Shown here in pieces: positions 7,626 to 14,165 of a stretch of DNA of 14,165 bases (positions within the stretch are counted from its first letter, which is position 1; each line of letters opens with the position of its first letter). The notes below the pieces were generated by a model. It ran no database searches, had not been told where the DNA came from, and worked only from the letters and a program-made list of their open reading frames with translations. A program made the translations under genes and the position numbers. The DNA comes from an uncultured bacterium (GTDB taxonomy: Bacteria; JAJVIF01; JAPKYR01): the NCBI GenBank assembly GCA_965369865.1, contig CBDURU010000092.1:1-14165 (forward strand). The letters are read 5' to 3'.

Positions 7626-7886
7626 GTTATCCTGGCCGCCGATTTTGTAAATTTCCCTTTTGTATTCATCCTTCGAGTATATGTCATTTCCATTGAAGAC
7701 CATGTGCTCCAGGAAATGCGACATGCCGTACTCGGGAGGCAATTCATCCCGGCACCCCGCGCGAATCCACATGTCGAACAGGACAACCGGGTAATCCCCG
7801 ATCTCGTAGAGGAAAAGAGTAAGTCCCGATGGAAGTGCTTCTATGTGTCTATTGGGATGAATATCAGGTTTGATATATGGAGTCAT
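7626..7886 (-). pseudogene. N-terminal fragment (~87 aa) of an M16 zinc peptidase; the reading frame runs on to a stop at 7572 in unrelated sequence
   Basis: LPSGLTL...PVVLFDMWIRAGCRDE...GMSHFLEHMVFNG...IYKIGGQDN carries the inverted zinc motif HXXEH. Similarity stops right after GGQDN, where NA(F/Y)T..D.T.Y is expected. Likely start ATG at 7886. Confidence 0.85.
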
Positions 7887-7957
7887 ATTGGTTTTTATCA
7901 GGAGAGGGGATAAATAAAAAAACACATTTAATAAATCTTGAAATCTTGGAATCTTAT

Positions 7958-10357
7958 TTAATCTTCATTCAAAATCAGATCGACATTTGCCTGGTACGCG
8001 AATGGATCGTTTAAAATCACGGTCACCGGATCGCTTGACCAGCCGTCCGCGACAGCGCGTATTGTAAGGTTGCCCAGGGGGAGGTCGGGGAACAGGTAAC
8101 TCCCGTCTTCAACACCGACAATATCAATCGACGATCTATAGGCAGGATTATCCAGAATGTCAGAATCCATAAGCTCGATCGTGATACCACCCCATAATTC
8201 CGGATGCAGTTGCAGGCTTAACCCGTCCCCGAAACGAATCCTTCCTGAAATCCCCGCGATTCCCCTTCGCCTGGCCATTCCGTTAAGCCCTGCGGCTTTC
8301 CATTCAAGGTTGTTTTCATATCGGAACGTAACAAATCCGGGAATTAATCCATTTTTGATATTCCTGAAAATATCTATTGTCCTTGCCGTTGAATATGCCG
8401 TACGGCAGAAAATTGTGTCATCGGATTCCGTCTCAGGATCACCGTCACCCATCAGGTAAACCGCGAACCCGGACGCCGGGAAGATCGGTTCACCCGTCGG
8501 AAGCTCAAGAATTACCTTTTCAACGACCATCCCGTGCGTAGCTGAATCCCGTACGATATCGAATTCATTGATAGTATTGAATGGACCCTTGCCAAAACAG
8601 TGTTCATCGATCAACAGACTCAAAAAATCACCGCAGATGGTGACGGAGCCAAGCGTATCCTGTTTTAAATCGATCCAGCCCGAGAATGTTCCCGCGATCG
8701 GGTAGAACGGACGTCCATGCTGTTCAGCCCAGTTCTGGTAAGTTCCCGCTTCCTTGTACAATCCGAGAAATGGGGTTAAAAACTTATCTGGATTCCATAG
8801 CCATGTGAACCGGCTGTAATAACACTCGGCAAAAAAAGCATCCGCCGTGCTCAGGTACGGAAGATCGTCCGGACCCCCGCATGGGTGCCAGTCGAACTCG
8901 TATGTTGTAATAACCCTCCCATTAAGGTCCGGTTCGAGATGAAGCCTTGCCAGGAACTCTCCGTATCTATTATAGATGTTGAAAAGCTCTGTTTCGTCAT
9001 AGGATTGCGGGATAACTTCAATGTCGAAATGCAACCCCGCAATGTTGTCAAACACGGGATTATCAAGAACCTGCCCTCTAATACTATCAAGGAGGTTATC
9101 GAAAAAAATCTGCGTATAATATTCGGGAGGGTGCATGCACGGATCGTCCGCCTGGTCGGGGAATCCGATGTTATCGAAATTCAGGTGAATCGGCAGGTCG
9201 GGCGCGTATGCCTGCATCCAGCCGATATGTATCGGGACCCAGTCATGCATCGCAAGATAGCCGGAATTACAGATTTCGCCGTATTCCAGGATCAGGAAAT
9301 CTCCACCCATCTCATTCCTGAACTTGTTCATGAAAAGCTCGGCGTCTGTCGGGGGGAGGTTAGTGTCGGGATCGATAAGCGAATACGCGTATATACCCTG
9401 ACCATGCGGAAGGGGAATAATCGGATCATCCGGCGGCCACTTGAAATTAATCCAGTGGGAGGCGAACGCGGATTCACCTTCCCCGATCTCGCCCTCGCTT
9501 TCCGGACTGGCGGCAATTACCAGGATCCTGTAATTCCCCGGGTCCAGATCGGGAACACTGGCGCCCCATTCAATATGATTTTCAAATTTCGCCAGTCTTA
9601 ATGGTACCGGCCAACCGCACGGTGTGACATCGAGAAATACAGACGTGATATCGTCCTGCCAGTCGGAAACCGCCATCTGGAAATACCGCCCGGTAAGTTC
9701 AGGTTGCCCGAATTCGTACGATTCAGCGGTGTTGGTTTCAACGGTCGCATCAAGGACAAAGGTAATAATATAGGGTGAGAGCTGCGGTTCAGGTTTGAAA
9801 ACAATCTGGCGGGTATCGGATTCCAGGGGCTGGATGGCGCGGTTGGGGAATTCCCTCCCGAAACCGAAAAATGGATCGGGATCGGATATATCCGCTCCGG
9901 CACGTACCGACCAGCCATCTATCGTCAAGGGGAGGAAATTGCCCTCCTTCGGGAAGATGCAACGCACATCCCTGATTTCTGCAATAATCGGGTTCGTGAA
10001 GGTTATCTCGATTGTAAACTCCATTGTCCCGGGATCGAATTCCAACATCTTGACTTTCAGCATATTCGGGTAATATTTCCAGAACCAGGCAAGGTCGAGA
10101 TGCGTGGTGACCGAACGTTCCTGCAGGATTTCCACATGCCCCGTTACTGGGTTAACTATGATTGACTGGATAGCCTTCAGATGGCCCGTTGCCTGAATAT
10201 ATTGTTCCGGCGAGACGCCCTCGACGGGTGCTGCGGCGGTCTGGGCGGAACCCGGCTCAACGGCAGTTCCGGAATCGCTGCTCTTACATGCAAATGCGGA
10301 AAACAGTATTCCCGCTGCGATTAGTACCAACAATGAATTTCTAACTAGTAACGGCAT
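7958..10357 (-). CDS. 799-aa lipoprotein: shared N-terminal module, putative glycoside-hydrolase-like barrel, C-terminal carboxypeptidase-regulatory-like beta-sandwich
   Basis: Signal peptide ending FSAFA-C24; GLHFDIE motif (9017-9037); C-terminal GISGRI...DGSYLFPDLPLGNLTIRAVADGW...VDLIL pattern. Purine-rich SD-like sequence and TATAAT upstream. Confidence 0.8.
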   Translation of the reverse strand: MPLLVRNSLLVLIAAGILFSAFACKSSDSGTAVEPGSAQTAAAPVEGVSPEQYIQATGHLKAIQSIIVNPVTGHVEILQERSVTTHLDLAWFWKYYPNMLKVKMLEFDPGTMEFTIEITFTNPIIAEIRDVRCIFPKEGNFLPLTIDGWSVRAGADISDPDPFFGFGREFPNRAIQPLESDTRQIVFKPEPQLSPYIITFVLDATVETNTAESYEFGQPELTGRYFQMAVSDWQDDITSVFLDVTPCGWPVPLRLAKFENHIEWGASVPDLDPGNYRILVIAASPESEGEIGEGESAFASHWINFKWPPDDPIIPLPHGQGIYAYSLIDPDTNLPPTDAELFMNKFRNEMGGDFLILEYGEICNSGYLAMHDWVPIHIGWMQAYAPDLPIHLNFDNIGFPDQADDPCMHPPEYYTQIFFDNLLDSIRGQVLDNPVFDNIAGLHFDIEVIPQSYDETELFNIYNRYGEFLARLHLEPDLNGRVITTYEFDWHPCGGPDDLPYLSTADAFFAECYYSRFTWLWNPDKFLTPFLGLYKEAGTYQNWAEQHGRPFYPIAGTFSGWIDLKQDTLGSVTICGDFLSLLIDEHCFGKGPFNTINEFDIVRDSATHGMVVEKVILELPTGEPIFPASGFAVYLMGDGDPETESDDTIFCRTAYSTARTIDIFRNIKNGLIPGFVTFRYENNLEWKAAGLNGMARRRGIAGISGRIRFGDGLSLQLHPELWGGITIELMDSDILDNPAYRSSIDIVGVEDGSYLFPDLPLGNLTIRAVADGWSSDPVTVILNDPFAYQANVDLILNED

Positions 10358-10392
10358 ATTTTGGTTTTCCGCTTTCCTCTCCCCACGCTATG

Positions 10393-10398
10393 ATTATA
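10393..10398 (-). promoter_or_regulatory. -10 box upstream of the 799-aa lipoprotein gene
   Basis: Minus strand GGTATAAT 35 nt upstream of the ATG at 10357, followed by GGGGAGAGG. No recognisable -35. Confidence 0.45.
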
Positions 10399-10439
10399 CC
10401 GCCAGAATTAAAGAAATCCGTGCCGTCGATGATTTTTTT

Positions 10440-11237
10440 TCACCCATTTGATGCGGAGTCGTTTTCCCATACGGCAAAAATAACATCCTCATCTGAAAGT
10501 TCGCTCATTTCACTCCCCGGGACGCGGGATCGGAGCCTTGCGGAAAGGTCCCTGGCAAGTTTAATCCGTACATCCGCCGGAAGTGCATTTCTACGTTCGA
10601 TGAACCTCCCTACCAGGGCACGTTCGGCATCCGATATCCGGATCCTTGGAGCACCGGCAACCGGTTCCCTCGGCTGTGGCATTGAGGCCGCGATCCGGTC
10701 CGTTTTCCTGGCGGCATTCAGCACATCATCGAAAGTAAGTTTCCGCCGTTTGACAACTACAGTTCCCGCGGCAAGGTCTCCAAGTCTCTGGTACCGTGGG
10801 GTGAAAATCATAATGAAAAAAGTAATCCCGATAAATGCCAGGAACAGATCCACGAGACGAACGAGGTTCCGCACCCCGCAAGCTATAAGGTCCACCGGCG
10901 CGCCATCGGCCATGGATACACGGATGCCGAGAAGGTGTTTGCCGGGTGTCTGTCCCCAGTTCATCCATTCGAAGAAGAAATAATATCCCCACTGCAAAAA
11001 AAACGATGCAATTATGAAAATGACAAAACCAAGTGAAAACGAGCCTGGATTCGTGGGGTCTACTTCACTCAGGTTCATCCCAAAGGCCATGAAAAGGAAA
11101 GCGATAGCCGTGGTTAAAAGTGTGATTATAAGTGAATCTGCCAGGAACGCAGCAACCCGGCTCCCCATACCTGTCAGGGTGTAGTTAAGCCGTACATTTT
11201 CACTGGTCAGGACCGCGATGTCGTCGATATTTGTCAT
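10440..11237 (-). CDS. RDD family membrane protein
   Basis: T.ENV.L.Y.L.G.GSRVAAFLAD, WGYYFFFEWMNWGQTPGKHLLGIRV, RNLVRLVD and QRLGDLAAGTVVV are RDD family motifs. Confidence 0.92.
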   Translation of the reverse strand: MTNIDDIAVLTSENVRLNYTLTGMGSRVAAFLADSLIITLLTTAIAFLFMAFGMNLSEVDPTNPGSFSLGFVIFIIASFFLQWGYYFFFEWMNWGQTPGKHLLGIRVSMADGAPVDLIACGVRNLVRLVDLFLAFIGITFFIMIFTPRYQRLGDLAAGTVVVKRRKLTFDDVLNAARKTDRIAASMPQPREPVAGAPRIRISDAERALVGRFIERRNALPADVRIKLARDLSARLRSRVPGSEMSELSDEDVIFAVWENDSASNG

Positions 11238-11261
11238 TAAAATAATTTGAAAATTTACAGG

Positions 11262-12311
11262 TTATTCCAGTCTTAGATGAGTAGTCGTTCGATCCACCCA
11301 GGGTTCAGGCATGGATTCTTCCTCACGCCAGCCGGCTTTCCAGAGGTACCAGACAAACCCTGCCAACAGGATAAATGAAAACACGATTTTTGCGCCTTCC
11401 GGGAAGTACTTCGTATCCATGGGTGTGATGAAACCCTCGATAAGTCCCGCGATAACGAGGAGGAAAAAAACCCCTCCAAGCAGTTTAAGAGCGTTTTTGC
11501 CCGCGAGCCTGAGCGATTCGCCCCGGGACAGTCTGCCCGGAACGAGCATGGCTTTCGCGAACAGGAATCCCGCCGCCCCGGCAATGCATATGGCCGGTAA
11601 TTCAAGAACTCCGTGTGGAAGAATCCCGGACCAGAAATACATATTGTGTTCCGGTCCCCGGCTCAGGAACATAACGCCTACCACTCCAAGCAGAAAACCA
11701 TTGAACGATAAAGCCCACAATGAACCAAGCCCGAAAAGAATTCCACCGGCGGATGCCACGATGCACGCCCTGATGTTATTAGTAATAATAAACGCGCTCA
11801 TGGCAGCCATCGATTCTTCTTCAATTGCGGTAGCAAGAAGGGTTTCGTGCTCGCTCTCCACCGCCCGTTCGTATGTCCTGAGCATTGGTTGATCCCACAC
11901 AATCTGGCCCCACTCAGGGTCGATAAGGTAGGAAAATCCACCTATCAGGATCGAAGAAGTAAAAATTATCAAAGCCACCATGATAACGCGGATTTCCTTC
12001 CTGACTGTCGCGGGGAAATCCCTTCTTATAAACCGTGCGAAGCCCTGGATAAGATTCGAACGCTTCCGGTGGATAAGATGATGCGCTCTACCGACGAGGT
12101 CGTTCAGGTATTCAGCCAGAAGCGGAGAACGGAGGATATACCGTGCACGAGCGAGATCGGCGGCCGCCAGGCGGTAAATACGCCCAAAATCCACGAGGTC
12201 GTCGCGGGTGAATTTTTTGAGTCCACCATGCTCGGCACGCTTGAGAAGATCTTCCAGATGGCGGTAAAGGGTTTCCCTGTCCTGGAGAAATTTTGTCAAC
12301 TCGCTTTCCAT
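11262..12311 (-). CDS. Stage II sporulation protein M (SpoIIM/DUF95)-like membrane protein
   Basis: YRLAAADLARAR...YLNDLVGRAH, FIITNNIR, NGFLLG, GILPHGVLELPAICIAGAAG and LLVIAGLIEGFITP motifs; adjacent to an RDD gene, a common pairing. Confidence 0.92.
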   Translation of the reverse strand: MESELTKFLQDRETLYRHLEDLLKRAEHGGLKKFTRDDLVDFGRIYRLAAADLARARYILRSPLLAEYLNDLVGRAHHLIHRKRSNLIQGFARFIRRDFPATVRKEIRVIMVALIIFTSSILIGGFSYLIDPEWGQIVWDQPMLRTYERAVESEHETLLATAIEEESMAAMSAFIITNNIRACIVASAGGILFGLGSLWALSFNGFLLGVVGVMFLSRGPEHNMYFWSGILPHGVLELPAICIAGAAGFLFAKAMLVPGRLSRGESLRLAGKNALKLLGGVFFLLVIAGLIEGFITPMDTKYFPEGAKIVFSFILLAGFVWYLWKAGWREEESMPEPWVDRTTTHLRLE

Positions 12312-12323
12312 GGATTGTAGATG

Positions 12324-12332
12324 ATAATATCA
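12324..12332 (-). promoter_or_regulatory. Extended -10 promoter for the SpoIIM-RDD pair
   Basis: Minus strand TG-A-TATTAT 12 nt upstream of the ATG at 12311; no SD. Confidence 0.45.
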
Positions 12333-12370
12333 CAATAAATCATTGAGTAATTCCCAATAAATAATTTCAC

Positions 12371-12399
12371 TTGATTAAAGATACAAACCGGGTTATTTT
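12371..12399 (+). promoter_or_regulatory. Possible sigma70-type promoter for the HEAT-repeat gene
   Basis: TTGATT (12371-12376), 17 nt, TATTTT (12394-12399). The region is AT-rich, so a chance match is possible. Confidence 0.35.
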
Positions 12400-12445
12400 T
12401 AATTGGGTGTTTCAGAAATAAATCCATCTGTTTGGAGGTTGGCTA

Positions 12446-13249
12446 ATGACTCAAAACGATCTCAGTTCCATTTATACCATGATGAAAGGGAGCGATCCCG
12501 CAGAGGTGCGAAAGGCTGTCGCCCGGATCGGCGGAATGCTTGACGATCTTGAACTCAGACAGATTCCGAAAGCCGTCGAGATTTTAGCGAGCCTGTTTTA
12601 CATCGATCTCGGTGATAAACCCAACTGGGTACCTGTGGTCGAGGATACTTTGGCGGTGATAGCATCGATCGGGGAACCTGCGATACCGACACTTGTCTGG
12701 CTCCTCGGTGAAAGCGATTACAAAGCTAATCTTATGCTGGCACGGGCAATGGGGCGGATAGGTCCGCCGGCGTTCGGTCCGCTGAAAGACATGTTTTACA
12801 ATCCCCTGACCCCGTGGCACCGGTCGCTCGCGTTATTTGGCCTGGCGAAAATGCATGAGGCGGCCCTGATGGAAATTCTCCCGGATGTTGTCAACGCGCT
12901 TGATGATTCGGACCGTGAAATTCGCGATACCGCCGCGAGGACAGTTGGCCGGATCATCGATTCGTTCCAACCGGGCCAACTGCCAAAGGACCTCGCAAAC
13001 CAGGCATTTGAACGCCTGCTGTTCCGTATGAGGGACTCCAGTGCCGTTGTGAGATCGAAAGCTGTGCGTTCTATCGGCAAGATGGCAATGAACAATTATC
13101 TTGACAGAGACCAGCTTGAAGCCTCGCTCGATGCGGTCAGCATTATGCTTGGAGTGGAAACCGATGAGCCCGATCCATTCTACCTCGTCAGGCTGGAAGC
13201 CGAACGGACCAGGAAAAGCCTGGAAACTACATTGAAAGAAATTTCATAA
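12446..13249 (+). CDS. HEAT-repeat (PBS lyase HEAT-like) protein
   Basis: Repeats such as IGEPAIPTLVWLL, ALDDSDREIRDTAARTVGRI and MRDSSAVVRSKAVRSIGKM. GGAGG SD 7 nt before the ATG. Confidence 0.85.
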   Translation: MTQNDLSSIYTMMKGSDPAEVRKAVARIGGMLDDLELRQIPKAVEILASLFYIDLGDKPNWVPVVEDTLAVIASIGEPAIPTLVWLLGESDYKANLMLARAMGRIGPPAFGPLKDMFYNPLTPWHRSLALFGLAKMHEAALMEILPDVVNALDDSDREIRDTAARTVGRIIDSFQPGQLPKDLANQAFERLLFRMRDSSAVVRSKAVRSIGKMAMNNYLDRDQLEASLDAVSIMLGVETDEPDPFYLVRLEAERTRKSLETTLKEIS

Positions 13250-13300
13250 TCGCTTTTCGTAACACGGAACGCCAGCCAGCAGTACCGCAGACTAAATCCC

Positions 13301-13322
13301 GTAGCGCAGGACGCCGGCCTGC
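13301..13322 (+). repeat. Degenerate GTAG-family REP-like element
   Basis: GTAG-C-GCAGG-ACGCCGG-CCTGC: GTAG tetranucleotide followed by a short GC-rich hairpin in an intergenic region. Confidence 0.5.
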
Positions 13323-13359
13323 CGAAATTATGGCATACAGGACCGGTATTCCATCATGG

Positions 13360-13368
13360 TGGTATAAT
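13360..13368 (+). promoter_or_regulatory. Consensus extended -10 promoter of priA
   Basis: TG-G-TATAAT, 10 nt before the ATG at 13379; no SD. Confidence 0.65.
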
Positions 13369-13378
13369 TCGACCTTCC

Positions 13379-14165
13379 ATGGCCCTGTCCTCGCAAAATA
13401 ATGACAGTTCTCATCTCTATGTTCGGGTGGTTCCTCTCTCCGGTGGCGGACGTATCGGAACATCCCTGACCTACCGGGTTCCGGAACACTTTACCGAATC
13501 AATCCGCATCGGATCGGTTGTCGCCGCGGAGGTGAGGAAGTCTCAACGGATAGGGGTAGTCACCGCGTTCCAGGAATACAATGAAACCCTCCAGGCGTCG
13601 CCTTATGCAATCAAGCCATTGAGCGCGGTTTTCCCGGATGAAATTCTCCTGAACGAACGCGATGTCGAAATCGCGAAATGGATCGCCGGTTATTACGCAT
13701 GCAGTCTTCGGGACGCGTTATCGCCTTTCGCGCCGGAGATCCGTTCGTTGCATGCCACGAGGATTCTTGCCGCACGGGATCCGGACAAACTCCATGATTC
13801 GATCGGTTCACTTGGCTTGTTATTTTCGAGGCCCGATTCGATCCAGGCCGAAGAGCGTCCCGACGGGTCTGTCAGGATTCCGAAAAATCAACTCGTGGAG
13901 GATCTTCGGGGAGGAGGGCTTTCGGAAGACGCGGCGGAGGGAAAAATCAAGGAGTGGATCGAACAGGGAATAATTACGGCGGAAACAGGCATACGGACGC
14001 GCGTCCGCCACCTTGGCACCGGAAGTTTCCTGACTATAACTGTCGAGGCCCGTAAAATTGACTGGGATAAATTCCGATCCGACCGCCAGCGATCGGTTCT
14101 CGAACTCCTGGACCAGGTTGGAAGCGCTCTCTCAAGGGACGAGATCATCCGTGAAATCCCGGGCA
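13379..14165 (+). CDS. priA: Primosomal protein N' (replication restart helicase), 5' part, truncated by the window end
   Basis: Not in the ORF track because it runs off the window. Manual translation from 13379: MALSSQNNDSSHLYVRVVP...SLTYRVPEHFTESIRIGSVVAAEVRKSQRIGVV...IKPLSAVFPDEILLNERDVEIAKWIAGYYACSLRDALSPFAP, matching the PriA 3'-DNA-binding domain (TY.VP...G..V....G.V; KPI...W.A.YY.C.L). The helicase motifs lie outside the window. Confidence 0.85.
   Translation, partial: MALSSQNNDSSHLYVRVVPLSGGGRIGTSLTYRVPEHFTESIRIGSVVAAEVRKSQRIGVVTAFQEYNETLQASPYAIKPLSAVFPDEILLNERDVEIAKWIAGYYACSLRDALSPFAPEIRSLHATRILAARDPDKLHDSIGSLGLLFSRPDSIQAEERPDGSVRIPKNQLVEDLRGGGLSEDAAEGKIKEWIEQGIITAETGIRTRVRHLGTGSFLTITVEARKIDWDKFRSDRQRSVLELLDQVGSALSRDEIIREIPG

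Noticed and set aside
4483..7632. Integron gene cassette (GTT at both ends, RYYYAAC-type GCTTAAC at 7548-7554)
   Set aside because: GTTATAT and GTTATCC do not fit GTTRRRY, there are no complementary L boxes at the canonical spacing from GCTTAAC, and no integrase is in the window.
8885..9601. 238-aa plus-strand ORF and other long antisense ORFs (10390..10983, 11311..11892, 11847..12320, 251..595)
   Set aside because: They lie wholly or largely opposite well-supported genes and have no recognisable motifs; shadow ORFs.
11262..12311. Evidence for sporulation from the SpoIIM-like gene
   Set aside because: This RDD-associated DUF95/SpoIIM-like family is widespread in non-sporulating bacteria.
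13227..14148. Short ORFs listed at 13227..13463, 13611..13811, 13662..13973, 13820..14011 and 13888..14148
   Set aside because: They overlap the priA reading frame starting at 13379, which explains the region.

Overview
Bacterial chromosomal window, mostly on the minus strand. From left to right: a REP-like hairpin; a 280-aa membrane protein likely co-transcribed with a DAHP-synthase (type I-beta) homologue that has lost nearly all catalytic residues; a GTAG-type REP and a 121-nt segment bounded by inverted repeats; an atypical receiver-domain protein; and an ADP-ribosylglycohydrolase. Next come two fragments of an M16 zinc peptidase: the HXXEH N-terminus at about 7626-7886 and the C-terminal end at about 4249-4482. 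Between them lies a ~3.1-kb AT-richer segment in opposite orientation carrying a 978-aa PKD/beta-propeller lipoprotein gene. Then follow a 799-aa lipoprotein that shares an unrecognised N-terminal module with the 978-aa protein, an RDD + SpoIIM-like membrane pair, a divergent HEAT-repeat gene, and the 5' part of priA (absent from the ORF track, runs off the window). The most notable observations are the replacement of the M16 core with similar GAAT-N5-GTTAT motifs at both junctions, the shared-module/variable-cargo lipoprotein pair, the pseudo-DAHP synthase, and repeated leaderless-type promoter geometry. All family calls are from motif recognition by eye; no searches were run.
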